From: the human T2T-CHM13v2.0 reference genome, Homo sapiens
Reading direction: 5' to 3' (one strand)
DNA: 64,000 bases
Assembly: GCF_009914755.1 (NCBI RefSeq)
Contig: NC_060934.1
The notes beneath the pieces are model-generated. The model had not been told where the DNA came from and searched no databases. It saw only the letters and a program-made list of their open reading frames with translations. Within the stretch, counting starts at the first letter, position 1; every line of letters starts with the position of its first letter. Position numbers and translations under genes: made by a program. Positions 42,930-57,373 of this stretch are shown piece after piece.

Positions 42930-44999
42930 CATTGTTGAATCAGATGCCAATATTCCCCTCATTCAGTTTTTTTACCTGTTATCATAGTATTGTTTTTCAT
43001 AAAGTAAGGGATCAGGAAGTATTATTTATATTTTGTAAATCAAATCTGCAAAAATCTTAATTTGTAAAAGTTACATTCCTTCTTAGATTTATTTTTTAAG
43101 ATTGAAGAGTTCCCACCTTTTTAATCTATTCTTACACTGCAGCAAATTCATCCTTGAGATGGGAAATGTATGCTAAAAATTGTCGAGGAAGCTGTGACAT
43201 TCATTTGGGGAAACATCTGCTTGTTTTGTGCTCAATTATCTCATCAAATCCTCCCCAAGTAGGTACGTTATACTCTTCCTTTTTGCAGAGCGGGAAGCTG
43301 AGGCTTTAATAAAATGGGTAAAATCTGCTGAGAGACATACAGGTGGATTTGGATGATAAACACAAATGGGCAGGCCCTGTTCATAACCAAGGAGTTTCTC
43401 AGCTGGAAGCTTTGAGTGGTTTCTTGGGTGGCTTCCACCTTCTCACTTCAGAGTTTGGAACCCAGTTCTCAGAGGCAAACTAGGGATATCCCTAGCAGAA
43501 CACATGCCTCTATGGAGCTGTTCTAGCCAGGCTACTGCCTCGCTTTCAAACATCCCTGCCTTTACTGATGCCATGTCTTGTTCTGGAATTTCTTCTTCTC
43601 TCCTCTTACGCATTTTTAGGACCTAGGATGTGTTCTGTTTTCTCCCATAGCTGTTCTTGAGCATCCTAGCCCAGCATCCTCTCACTTCTTCATTTTGAGT
43701 CCCTTAGAATCTGCTTTTCTACCCACTCATCTGCTACCTGGTCTTACTGTGCATGGCTTCTTGAGGTTACCCATAGCACCTGGCTGTGTTGTATGTGCTC
43801 AGTAAGTGTCTGTTGGGTAGACAGAGGAGCAGGATCTGTTTAAGTCTCCTTGATCTTGAGGTTAGGAGTCTGTTGAAAGCCTGCCTGGGTCTAGCAGCTG
43901 TGGGTCTTCCAAGCATCAGGTAGCTTCATATGGACACTTGGTTGTTGGTACCCTGTCTGCTCCTATCCCTAGCTTTGCAGTGGTGGTGTTTTCTGCTCTG
44001 TAGCATATCTTACATCACAGCTAGATGGTATAGGATGGAGAGATGGATATTTTGGAGTGAGGGCATGTGCTGGAGTCCAGCCAGCAGATGACTGAGAATG
44101 GCATACATAGAATGCCACAGTTGTCAAAACTCACTGGCTATTTTGAAGCAGTTGCCAGATTGCCTATCAGGGTTGTCAAAAGGGACATTTCCAGGAGATC
44201 TGAGGACAAGTGAGGGCAATATGTGCTCAGGGGCAGTTATCATAACTGCTAGCATATATTGAATAGCTACTGTGTGCCAGGAATGGGTATTTTTTAATAT
44301 TATCCTAATTTAAACCTCCTGATGGCAAGACATTTAGAAAGTGTGGGGTATGAAATGAGCTGAATATGATACTTTGAGTACATAGGGATGTAGTATGGTT
44401 TTCTGGCTTTGCTATCTTGCCCAGAGGTGTCAGAAATTGTTAAATGTTTATAAAAGCCTTAAAAAAATTTTTAAAAAGATTTTTCTCTGCTGGGAACCCA
44501 TGGGAGTAGGGGAGAGCTTAGTGTTATTGCAACCACAGCCCTGGATCTCCAATGTGCATGACCTCCCTGGGGTGACTGGATGAATATGGTCTCAGGGGCC
44601 CCATCCAGCCTTAGGCATCTTAGGAATCCTCAGTGACCTTTTTATGTGCACTGGCACCAAAACTACATTCAGTCCCTTCAGGGTTCAGCTCCCTGCCATT
44701 GCCAGTGTATACCTGAAGTGGTACCTGGTTAACAAAGCTTGTCCATAGGGTCTCACTGGGTGATATTCTCTCTCTTTCATGGCCTCTTGGTGTGCTGTGA
44801 TGGGCAGTATCAGCCAGTGGAGTGCTGGTCCAGTTGGGTGCTCCAAGGTCTTTTCATCAGAGACATGCTTGGACCTATTAAACACAATTTAACACTATTA
44901 AAGCTTGAGTGTTAAGGTGAATATACCAAGTTTATATAGAGAGCAAGGAGAGCAAGTAGTGGGGTGATAATGTGAGATACTGCAAGAGGACCCAAATCA

Positions 45000-45470
45000 C
45001 CAAAGGCAAACTGGTGTTCTTTCAATCTCTAGAACAAACCAAGCTTTTCCTGCCTGGGGGCTTCACACCTGTCTGAAATATTCTCATTCTTCTCCCTACC
45101 TTCCCCTGGTGCCCCCAGCCAATCACATTTTTCACAGATCTGGTCTTTTTTATCTTTTGTCTCTTCAATTTAAGTATCTCTTCCCCAGAGAGGTGTTACC
45201 TGGCCATCCTATCTAAGAGAGGTTTCCAGGCTGGTCAGTCTCTCAGTCCCTTGTTGAGCACTTGTTATAATAGTACCACTTGCAGCCATTTTATTTTACA
45301 TCTTATGTAGGGGTTATTTATTTATTTCACTACTGTTTCCCCTTCCCCATGAAACAGAGATTTATTGAGAGAAGGGATTGTGTTTTTCTCACACAGCATG
45401 GTTCCTCACTGCCTAGTGCTGTGTTTGGCACATAGGAGGATCTGTGTGAAAGAAGGAAAGAAGGAAGGAA
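45000..45470 (+). mobile_element. L2 3' fragment
   Basis: gcctagtgctgtgtttggcacataggag followed by a (GAAG)-like tail. Confidence 0.65.
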
Positions 45471-47363
45471 GGAAGACAGGAAAGCAGGAAGGCAGGCCGG
45501 AATCCACAGCAGAAGCCAGGGCAGATAGGAGGACTCGAGATGTTCACTTCTCTTGGATGGCAAATCTTGACCTGATCCCTTGTCAATCTCTTCCTTTTTG
45601 AACTTTCTCAGTTAGATCACTGACATTTCATGCTATAAGTCATCAAGTCTCCTCTACAAATTTTAGGGATGAAGAAAGTGAGATTCTGAGAAGGGAAATG
45701 ACTTGTTTAACCATCCTTTATTAGGGAAAGAGGTTGGACCAGAACTAAAACCAGCGCACTTTCAGACAGGAAAGCAGACACCCTCAAAAGATCCCAAGAG
45801 TCCAGTATTTAGTGGTTTGTGAGTAGGTGCTTCGCTTTTATTGATGAAGCATAGAGAAGTAGGAAAGTTAAGACAGAAAGACAGTCAAATGCTGGGCTTT
45901 CACCCGGGAGAAACCCGTGAGTCTGAAAAGCCATTCTCCAAAAGGGACCTTAAAGAAACATGAAAGAAACATGGAATTTTTTCTTGACATGAAGCTAGAA
46001 GCTGAGCACAATGCATCTGACAATGAAAAACCAGGCTGTGCCTTAGAACAGGCTTGGGGGTGGGAGGCTCATGCTTTCTTTGCGAGATAGTACTTCACTC
46101 ACAGAGGCTGTTTGCAGTACTCTGTCCTTGGTGATGAGTCTTCATGGGAAGGAGGCATGTAGGGGTCAGAGAATAGTTTTCTATCTGTTCCCCATATTCG
46201 TCAGCTGTGGTTGATGTATTATCCTTGAAATTGGAAAAGAAAAGGAGAGAAGAAATGCACATAGAACAGAGCTGAAAAGTGAACCAAAGACGAAAAAGGT
46301 CTGAGAGAGAGAAGGGGCATGATTGAGGTGGTTCTTTTGAGGAAGCGAAGTGACGTTTGACTTAGTTTTCATGTTCAGGTACTTGAGGGTTTGAAGTCTG
46401 AACAAGAAGAAATGGACAAAGATTAAGGCATGGGAGATGAGGTTTATGTAACAGAATTTAATGACTATTATGTTGGAAAGCTAGCAGGGTGGATATGTAA
46501 AAGACATGTAAAGAGATATGCATTTCTGAAAAACAAATCATCTACGTTGACTATCCTTAAAGAACAGAGTTACCAGATTTATGGGTCTAGGAATTTTTTT
46601 TTAGAAAAGCCAGAGTTGGAAACTATTCATCAGGACCATCAGTAACTATTATGTTTATACTTTGAGTCCTTCAAGTTAAAAAAAACCTAGGTACTTCCTT
46701 AGGCTGTGTGAAAGAGTAATTTTGGTGCTTGGAAAAATCTGATTTTGAAAACTAGATGCCTCAGTTATCAGCTGTAATTCATATGCAAATTATGTAACCT
46801 CTTTCATCCTCACATTAATGTCCTCCATCTGGAAAGTGGGGACAAAGTTTACCACAGGGGGTTAATTTGGACATTCATTGAAATTTAAGTGTCTCTTATT
46901 TGTAAATCATTCATTCATTGTTCATTTCCATTTTTTCTCTCAACAGTTTGGAAAAGGTGGCCTTAATACTGGTGGAGTTCATATTTTATGGTTCACTTTT
47001 TACTAACTCAGGTACTTTTATTTTTTGCCCATAATCTCTTTTGGGGTATGTCAATTTTGAACAGTCACTCATCACGCTGGTTCTGTATACTTTTTAATAA
47101 GAACAGGAAGAATTAGACTTTAGGAAGATTTTCTTGGGTTGTCTAGAGTCACTGAATACCATTATCATAAGATGCTCTCACATCCTTGTTTTATTCTCAT
47201 TAAACAGATTCATTCCTAGAAGCCTACTGTGGCCTAGACACCACGTGAGGAACTAGGGATTCCTGGGGTGGGGACAAGATAGACCATGTCTCTGCTCTCG
47301 TGGAGTGGACAGACTAATGGGGACAACAGACAGTAGATAAGTACACAATAAGCCAGGTAATAA

Positions 47364-47930
<567 letters not shown>

Positions 47931-48829
47931 CCTAGGAGGTGACATGAGTTGAGACCTCAAAGATAATGAGGATACAGGCCTTCAAAGGCATGCATGATCA
48001 TCAGCTAAACAAGTGAGTGAAGATAGTGTTTGCTGTGGCTCATTTCAATGTGGTACAGAGATATCTGTGTAAATCCTGTAATTGCCAAAATTGACCCATC
48101 AATGTTAAAGACCCTTTTTAAGTGGATCATTTTCTTCCTTTTACACAGCCATCAAATGCAGCACTAATGAGGGGTGGTATTCATCTTGTTTTACAACCCT
48201 GAGCTTCTCTGTATTCATTAGCATGCAGGAATCTGACTCCCTGTGGTTCCTAGAAACAGGAGCCCCTATCCTTGCTTCATATTTTCATATACGATTGTTT
48301 TTAATTGCTGAGGAGCCTCATGGCTCAGCCCAGGTGGTTACATTTCCACCTTCACTCTGACGTCAGAATGCTTCAGAGCTCTGCTCTCTGACTAAGGGAT
48401 AATGTCTTGGCTGCCATCTTGGGGAAATGTCTCTTTGTAAATAACGTGTGCAGCTATAGACTATAAATTAAAAACACATCAACAATATTAACACATCATT
48501 GAGAAACACCACATGGCAAAGTTCCAAAACTATGAGCAAAGTTCTAACCCCTGAGCAATGCATGATATATTGCTGTTTCTAATGTGGTCTATAAGACAGC
48601 TTCCCTGACAGAATCTCACACTATTGAAAAGCTGTGTTCTCATGGGACTACTCGCCTGCCACGCTTCATGTAGTTTTTCAGAGATGCTCACTTACATCTT
48701 GCATTTCAGATAGAGACCGCTTTAATCAAGCTAGTCCATACTCATGGCTTCCAGGCCAGACTTTGTCCAACTAGTCCAGTGATAGTTCCCCTGGCTCTGT
48801 TTTCCTGATGGCATCTCAGCCAGTGGCAG

Positions 48830-49300
48830 GGTGAGATTCTATGTTTGATATTCAGCAGGCTCAGCCCTGTGACTATAGGAGATAAGGGCTTCCTTCAGGG
48901 CACACATAGACACCTTCAAGTCATTTATATGGAGCTCGATGCTGGGAATTTGAGTCCCTGAGCTCAGCTTTTTCTTTTACCATTTTGTCTAGCAACATTG
49001 GAGCAACTAGCCAATCTCATTATATTTGTTAGTTTTCTAAAAATGCTTGAAAATATCATATACCCAGTCAGACATCTTTTGCTTTGTGTAAGTTGTTGAT
49101 TAGGTGTATCCAATGCAAATATTTTTCATGTTTCTATTACCAGTTCAGTTCATGCCATGGACTATATCAGTGCTCTCTTCACTACTGGGAAGCATCATTT
49201 GCACCTTTAAAACTAATCAGATTAGAGAGCCCATTCCAGAAACACCAGAACCAATTCAGAAAACTCATTCTCTAGTACCACTGCATTTCTGCTACTAAAA
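48830..49300 (-). mobile_element. ERVL internal 5'/gag remnant
   Basis: ttcatgccatggactatatcagtgctctc and ccagaaacaccagaacca resemble the reverse HERVL-int start; abuts the MLT2 LTR. Confidence 0.7.
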
Positions 49301-49803
49301 TCTATGTTAAGGTTCTCTAGAGAAATAGAACCAATATGATGGATATGTGTGTATGTGTGAAATATAATATACAAATATATATTTATATACATATATTACA
49401 TATATTTATATGTATTCAAAATTGGATTATGTGATTTTAGAGGCTGAAAAGATTCACAATGTGTAAATTTCAGCCTGGGTCCAAAAGCCAGAGTGTCCAA
49501 ACCAAGAGTGTCAGTGGTGTGAGTTCTAGTCCAAGGACAGGAGAAGACTAATGTTGAAGATCAAACAGTCAGGAAGAGAGACAGAATTCAACCTTCCTCT
49601 GCCTTTTTGTTGTATTCAGGCCTTCAATGGGTTGGATGATGCTCACTCACATTGAAGAGGGCCATGTGCCTGACTTAGTTTACCAATTCAAATGCTAATC
49701 TCTTCTGGGAATTCCCTTACAGACACACTCAGAAATAATGTTTAACCAGATATCTGAGCATCATGTGGCCCAGTCAAATTAACACATAAAACTAAGCATC
49801 ACA
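49301..49803 (-). mobile_element. MLT2B-like LTR (5' LTR of the ERVL)
   Basis: ggttctctagagaaatagaaccaata...ggcccagtcaaattaacacataaaactaagcatcaca. Confidence 0.9.
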
Positions 49804-49989
49804 GCATCTTTCGGATGGACCCTCTAGGCACTATCACCAACCATTTCTTCTGAAACCATAAGCAGAACACACCATGAACCATGTTTAAATGTGCTAGGTT
49901 GAATGTTTGAAGTCAGGACTCTGTTGGAATATCAGGATGCGTAATTACTACACATATTATGTAGTCCTGATTACCTGAGTTCTCCCTAC

Positions 49990-51176
49990 CTGAGACATCC
50001 TTCTGGCTAGGTTGTCAACCATTCTTTCAAACATCTTTTATAGTAGAGGCCAAAAGACTGCAAGCTGCTAGCCCTGAAGAGCTTAGAGTCTAGAGCATCA
50101 TCATTATTAGCTACTGCAAGTAATTTTCCATCATTGTACCTTGGTTTCCTCATTGTCAGAATGGACATAATGATGGCATCTATCACGTAGAGTCGCTCTG
50201 AGGAGTAAATGAATGAGTAGATATATGGAAAGTTGTTGGAATAATGCATGGCATAGCATAAGAGCTCTAGAAATGCTCTCTATTGCTGTCATTATCATTA
50301 TTTCTGTTCTCACGGAATTGATGCATATTATAAGTGTCAACAATTCTCTTAGGATGGTGCACATTTTACCATATTTTTTATCATGCAGATGAAATACATG
50401 TAAATAAAAGCACACATTTAAATTAATATTTCTTTCTTTCATTAGTGGTTTTATATATTGGTCCTGCACCTCTCAGCCAATCTTAATCTTTAGGAAAGAG
50501 AAACACTGATCCACCTTTAGTAAATGACAATGAGTAGAGAGTCATTCATTCATTCATGCATGCATTTATGCAACAGGTATTTATTGAGCCCTTTGTGCCA
50601 GAGTCTATGCTAGCCCCTTAATGAAAATGACAGATCATTATTTGTTTAATGTTTTTTTTTTCTTGTTAACAACTATTGTATTACTTCAAAAAAAGGTAAC
50701 ACCTAAAACTGCCATCCACCCCTTGCACCTCAGCATGAGGGAAGGTTTGGAGAGAGACTTTTGAGGGAGGACTAGGGAAAGGATGATGGATCAGGTTGCT
50801 TTAGGTCTGAGGACAGCAAAGAACAAAGGGCATGTATCTGCGAGGGTAGACCTCAGGATAACCAGGGGAGTGGAGGGAAGGAGAAATGGCTCACTTGGAG
50901 AGGGAGAGCCTGGCTGTGATACGGTCATTTTCCCATGTTGAGCATGACCTCGCAGGGCTGTGCCCAGCCTGATTTGAATGGGATGAGGCATCCCACACTC
51001 TCTTATTCTCTTATCCTACTACCTGACTTCAGTGTCCCTCTCGGAAGGAATTTCCCAATGGACCCACCTCTGAGGCATTCTTCTGACTAGGTTGTCAACC
51101 ATTCTCTTGAACATCTTTTATAGTGGAGGTCAAAGGACTTAAGGTGACCAGCCCTTAGGAGCCTAGAGACTACAGC
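49990..51176. repeat. Pair of about 107-bp direct repeats 1080 bp apart (49990-50096, 51070-51176)
   Basis: Shared ctaggttgtcaaccattct...aacatcttttatagt; 45 of the first 51 bases are identical. Confidence 0.9.
50100..50300 (+). mobile_element. MIR
   Basis: ccttggtttcctcattgtcagaatggacataatgatgg. Confidence 0.7.
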
Positions 51177-52634
51177 CACACAAAGCACAGGAGTGAGCAG
51201 AAAGCACAGTGGGCAGAGCAGCCCTCCATACTCATGGGGGCAGGGATGACCCTCTGTGCTTCAGGATACGAGTAGTTGGAGAAGAACCAAACCCCTGCTT
51301 CCCAGAGGAACCACGGGATGAAGTCATATGAGAGATGACAGTGTGTCATACACTATCTGAAAATTACATGTGGGTTAACTTTTTAAATTCTCACAGTAAT
51401 CCAAGAGGTGAGTACTTGAACTATATCTGTTTTACAGACAAAGAAACCAATGCACAGGGAACAGAGGCTTCTGTTGTGACTTAGACCTTGAAGGATGAGT
51501 AGGATTTAGTTACACAAAGGGAAAAGAGGGAGCTTTCCAGAAAAGTGGAAAGTCCTCTCCTAAACTAAACTAGGAGTGCAAACCAATTTTAAGAGTCAGA
51601 ATTCATCAGTGGTGCAGTGTCCTTTTAAGAATTCTGCTACTTTAGAAAATTTTGAGCCCTTGGCTTTTGGCCCCACTGTGTGCACCAGCTCTGGGCGTTT
51701 GGCAATGCAGGTGGACCCTCAAATGCAAATTGCCAGAAAGATAAATGAGAATTGGTGGCTGTATTTAATTATGCAGCCTTCTTCAATGTGTCTACAACAG
51801 ACATTTTTTCTTATGGAGAGTAATTATTCTTAGCGTGCCCATCTGAGTGAGATTATGCTTTGGTAATTGGTTTTGAATCCTTGATCCATTTTTATTTGAG
51901 CCACCTTGCTAGAATCCTTTCTATCAATATTTGTGAATTGAGCCTGAGGTACACGTGCCCCTGAGACACAACTTAAAGGTGATCTTGTTTTTGCCCTTCC
52001 CAGAAACCTGTCGAGGTGAGGGCAGGGAGTTCCTGGGGTGATGGGCAGATCCTGGATTGTGAGATGCGCTTGCTTAGTACTCTCAATTCCTGCTGAGAGG
52101 ACTCAGTTTTACCCCTTTGCGTCTTATTTCTGGTGGTAGTCTTAACTGATTGGAACACAGCTGTACTGTAGGCAAGGAGGTGACTTCTGCTCTCTCACAC
52201 CCTGAGACTACTCTGCTCACACTGACCCATTGATTCACAAATGTAGCCCAATACTCATCTACCTGACTGAATAAAGTACACAAAGTATACATACCCTCTG
52301 TCAACCAAATCCTACTCCAAGTCTGTCTACCCATAACTGTAATATAAATATGATAATAGCTGCCACATGAAACTTACAATGTACCATGAGGGATGCATGT
52401 AATCATAATTGGGAAAGTACTTCTCAATTGTACATTAAATCATAAATGGCAGGCATTGTCTTCAGCCTGGACTGAACTCCAGCAGTGACCCCCCTGTGAC
52501 CTTGGCAAGTCAGTTTTCATTCCTGGGCTTTTCATTGTTAGGAAAATGAGGGGTTTGTGTCTGATACTCCTGATTAAGTATTTTTGAGAATCTATTTGCA
52601 TGCTGAAGTCTTTGGCCCAGGGAAGAAAATAGAG

Positions 52635-52850
52635 GACTCAGTCTCAATGTGAGTGTGCATCAGCATTACCGGTCTGCAACAATTTACAGTCCTGCTAACG
52701 TGTCAGCTTCTGGGTCCCATCCTCCAGGGCTTTTTATTCAGAAAGTTGGAGATGGGACCTAGGGATCCTCATTTTGATTTTTTTTTTTTTTTTTGCAAAC
52801 ATCCCAAGAATTCTGATGTAGTTAGTCCATGAGCCAACTTAGGAATCTCT
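52635..52850. mobile_element. MER5-like with internal T run
   Basis: gtgtgcatcagcattacc...ctgggtcccatcctccag...attctgatgtagttagtcca...ttaggaatctctg. Confidence 0.55.
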
Positions 52851-55529
52851 GAAATAGAGGGTGAATAACAAAGGCGAGTGAAGGAGAAAGTTCTTGCAAT
52901 GATATCTCCTCTGGGGATGTCTGGGTTTCCACCGAGATTCCTTTCTTTAGCTCTATCTCCTCTGTGTCTGGTGTGCTTGCCCAAATGTGCATGCTCATGT
53001 CCACTCCCACGCACCATTACAAACAATATGGGTTGAAAAGTTTGTTTTCTGAAAAGCACAATATGCTGAAGTCTTGGCAGAAGGAAAATTGTGTTATGTG
53101 CTGAAAGCACCATCATTTGCCATGCGTGAAAGCTTATGGCTGGAAGGACTGATATGCCATTTGCAGAGTATGGTTTACAGTCATGTACACACACATACAC
53201 ACAAGCACACAGACAAACATACACATTTGAGTAAGCTCCCACACAGTAAATGTGTCAAGAAAAGAGCAAGGAAAGATCCAGGAAGAATCTTTGCCCTTTC
53301 TGCAGCAGAGAGCTGGTCACACGAATGTGTCTGTCATTTTCACAAGAAGGGCTTTTGTTTCTTGTTTTCAAAGCTGGCAGAAAATAGAAACATAGCAAGG
53401 GTTTCTGATGCAGAAATGCAGTAAGGAATGCAGAATGCTGAATTTCTTCATCCAGGACCCATTTTTCCTCAGTGGGATAAAACCCTTGGTTTTCATTCTT
53501 CCTTACTGGCTGACCAGATCATCCTTGCTGGAAATCCATTCATTCCTAAATGGGCTTGACAGCTTCCACTTAGACCAAAGTGCTCCTCTTGGAATGTGTA
53601 CAGTTGTTGAGCAGTGGGAGCCAGTTCTGAGCACTGAACACAGGCAATCAACAGCCCCATTTAGCTTTGAGCTGACTACCTTCAGAAGAAGGACTGTTAT
53701 ACCTGTTGAGAAGGAAAGTGTGCATGAAAAGTAATTTCCTTCTCCTTTTTTATAGTGGAAACAATTGCCTTTTGGGGGCAGAGCACCAGCATTCTCTTTT
53801 GGATGCAGTAGTCATACAGTCACCATTTGGAGATATGCAATCTCTCATTTTTATTATAATTGTGGCATATCTTTAATTTGCTTGGCATAATGCACTTAAT
53901 CCATAATTATAAAATATGCAACTAGCCCTTGGCCTCATTCTGCTCTCCCACCACAGAGGCAGTTTGGTGTTTTTATTAATTTAACTTTGTACAAGCTAAC
54001 AGATTGTCATAAAGGAAAACAGAATTTCTCAACCAGTTCGGCTAATAGCTGAGCTTCAGCAAAGGGCCCTGTGGTATGTGTTGAACAATAACTACCTCTC
54101 TCCAGCACTACTTGCAGTTTTTAATTGAATTGCTATCCCATGGATATCATGTTGGAACTATTCATCTGCTCCACTAAGTCTTCTGATATTAAACAAGTTC
54201 TTTCAGGTTATTATTGTAATACAAATACGGTTGGACAGTTGATTTCCATTAAAAATTCACTGCCATGGTAAGGCTAACACAGTGAAGGGAGCTTATCCTG
54301 AACATGGCCAAGCAAAGAAATCACATTAATAAGGGTGAAAATGCAGTGTGCTTATCTTGTTTGCTTCCTTCTCACACCCTCCTCTTTGTTTAAGAGGATT
54401 TGGTCATGCTGACATATTTTGACAAATGACAAAATACTGGGCATTTTCAGATAGTTTCTAGTTTGGTTTTAGATATCTGCCATTTGGATCTGCCAATAAG
54501 AAGACATGTCCATTCCTCTGGGTTTCTCTTCTACCTCCATTTTTCCTTTGCTATCTTGTCTCTAGCACACATTGTCATTCCAGTTGACATTACGAATATC
54601 TGCTGCCAAGAGCTATTCTTACTGTTATAATAAACATCTTATAGGCCTTATTGCCCTCTGCATTGTGTATACTGATGCCTTTCCAACGTGTACTACTTAC
54701 ACTTTCTGATGTTTGTATACTGACTAGTTCACCAAAATTTCAGAATATCAAAACTATAGGGGCCCTCTGGAAACCCTTAAATGGTAGGGTTTTATTAAAA
54801 AAAACAAATGGAAGTAAACCTTATATGTAATTGGGATGGGTAGAATTAGGAATGGCTACTATATATTCCAGCTTTGTGAAGGTGTCATAATGGAGGAAGC
54901 TTATTGTCCTCCCTACTGTTACTCCTTTAACTTGCACACCTAACCTTGAGTACATCTCATCATATTCTTTACCATATCCCTGGCTTGCAGCTCTCTTCTG
55001 CATCACATCCTGGGAAATCCTTCTTGATGACTTCTCTATCAATATTAGAAAACACCTTTGGGTCTCTGACCTCATACCCTTCAGCTCTCTTCTGCAGCCG
55101 CCTACCAGCACCACCAAATCTTGGTTTTCATCATCATTTGGAACTACCTTACCATAATAACTTGAATCCTTGAATTACACTATGTGATCACAGTCTCCTA
55201 TTTATCCAGTTTTCTTACACTCCTACATTCACTGAATTTGTGTTTTCATTTGAATACATGATGTCTTCCATTTTCTCAACTCTTCCTTACTCTCCTCGAG
55301 TCACATGTCTTATCTTCCTTAAAAGATTATATACTCTTCAAAGAAAGGAATCAAGCCTTCTACCTACTCATTACTTTGCATGGAATCATGTTTGTCAGTT
55401 GGTAGATATTTCCAAGCCAAGAGTGTTGTTTGACCAATCAAGAAAACAATTATACCCTGACTTCTGAAGTGGGATATGCATTGCATCAAGGATGCCATCT
55501 TGGGACATATGCATTTATTTGCAGTTTGG

Positions 55530-55780
55530 TTTTACAGTAGTGGGTTATATGAGCAGTCTCTCTTGAATTCAAATCCTGACTGTGCCATTAAATAGCTATG
55601 TGACCATGGACAAGTTACTTGTCTTAGCTTCAATTTTCTCATCTGCACAATGAGGCACAATGATAGGGTCTACTGTGTGAAGTAACTGTGATAATTAAAT
55701 TAGTTAATGTTTGTAAAGTGATGAGTGTATGTAGTCTCTGAACTTAGTAGACTATTAAAAGATAGTTGGTATTTCATTAC
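55530..55780 (+). mobile_element. MIR
   Basis: ttcaaatcctgactgtgccatta...gctatgtgaccatggacaagttactt. Confidence 0.8.
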
Positions 55781-56916
55781 TGGGAGCTTCAGATCAATGT
55801 TTACTTAAGATAAACCTTTGAAATGTCAGCATTGAAATGTTGAAGACTTTTGAGTCTATAAGTTGTGAGTGAGACCCAGCTGCTCTAATGAAATTCCTAG
55901 TTAGTTATTGCCGCTGGCCTGCCCATGTCTACAAAAAAATAGATGGTCTCATGGGCTCAATGGTGCATATTAGAAGTGTTTCTAAATTGTAAAACCTGCA
56001 TGCCTGTCTGATTGAGTAAGTGCTAGGCTGATGGCTAGTGCAAAGCTTCACAATGGGTATAATTATTTGTGGTTTTGAATCTCTAGACCCTATAACATGA
56101 AGGTGAAGCCTTAGAATAGCTAAATAGACTCACACGGCAAAAGGAAAATGGCTGTTTTTAAAATAATACAGCCAAACATAAACCCACAGGCTCTTAAAGT
56201 TTATCTGAGAGTTTCTGAACCATGTTTTTTTCCCCTAGTTACTATTACTCCACACTTCAAGGTCAAATGCCAATAAAGTAGCAAATTGTATTTCTCACCT
56301 TGACATGGTTATTAGATCTGACATTCCTTGAGAAAAACAGTGAAGCCTGCTGACAAAAAGGACTGTGACTTCAACTGTTGTAAGTCACTAAGGGCAATAA
56401 ACATTCCTGAAAGAGATTTATTCTAAGGATTTTAATCATTTCCTGTTATAGCCAGTTTGTGTTGGATAAACGTGTCATCAGGTGCTAATTACTTGCCTTG
56501 ATTTTTCTGGCTGATGGAGGATGGTACTTATTTTAATACTGTCACCCTGATCTTTGGGTTTCTGCCTTTTCATTTGGCTATTAACAAAGCAAGTTAGATT
56601 CCAAAATATTTTCTAGATATGCACTCTTCACATTAATCTGTAGAAGCACAGAGGTTGTCTGGCACTTATAGATCTGTTTCCACAGGCACAATATCAAAGA
56701 CCCAGAAAAGCTTTCTGATCCTTCCAGAAAATAGTAATATCTCAGGATGCTGTGAAAGAGAGAGCCTGGGTTGAAAGTTAGAAGCCTGGATAGGGTTTTT
56801 CATGGCTCTGACCCTTGTTAACTGTAGAATTAGGAGTATTCCTCTTTCATATGCCCCCAAAACTCCACACCATTGTCAGATGCTGTCACATTGCACATGC
56901 AATGAACTGGTCCAGG

Positions 56917-57097
56917 TTTTCCTTCCTTCCTTCCTTCCTTCCTTCCTTCCTTCCTTCCTTCCTTCCTTCCTTTCTTTCTCTTCCTTCCTTCCTTCCTTTC
57001 CTTCTTTTCTTTTTTCTTTCTCTCTTTCTCTTTCTCTCCTTCTTTCTTTCTTTCTTCTTTTTCTGCTTTTCTTTTTTCTCTTTTCTTTTGTTTCTTT
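56917..57097. repeat. About 180-bp polypyrimidine tract, (CCTT)n grading into (CTTT/CT)n
   Basis: Direct reading; occupies the Alu tail position. Confidence 0.95.
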
Positions 57098-57373
57098 CAA
57101 AAGGATGTTGCTTTGTCACTCAGGGTGGAGTATAGCAAAGCAATCACAGCTCACTGCAGCCTCAGCCTTCCAGGCCCAAGCCTCCTAAGTAGCTGGGACC
57201 ACAAGTACATGTCACCATGCCTGGCTAAGATTTATATTTATTTTATCCTTTTTTTTGGAGACAAGGTCTCCCTATATTGCCCAGGTTGGTCTTGAACTTC
57301 TGGGCTCAAGTAATCCTCCTGCTTTGGCCTCTCAAAGTGTTGAGATTACAACTGTGAGTCACAGCACCCAGCC
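57098..57373 (-). mobile_element. AluJ (diverged)
   Basis: cacagctcactgcagcctc...ctgggctcaagtaatcctcctgc; TSD aggt(t/c)ttcct at 56914 and 57374. Confidence 0.85.

Noticed and set aside
43480-43495. Perfect 16-bp palindrome ctagggatatccctag
   Set aside because: About one such palindrome is expected by chance in 64 kb.
52769-53242. 157-aa minus-strand ORF
   Set aside because: Starts in a (CA)-rich tract, ends in a T run within a MER5-like element, and has no recognisable domain.
53780-54060. AT-rich patch with HOX/CDX-like motifs (similar patches near 56330-56600 and 61200-61720)
   Set aside because: Such motifs are common in AT-rich DNA and cannot be supported without conservation data.
56802-57188. 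Low-complexity ORFs (FLPS and KEGR repeats)
   Set aside because: Translation of the (CCTT)n tract.
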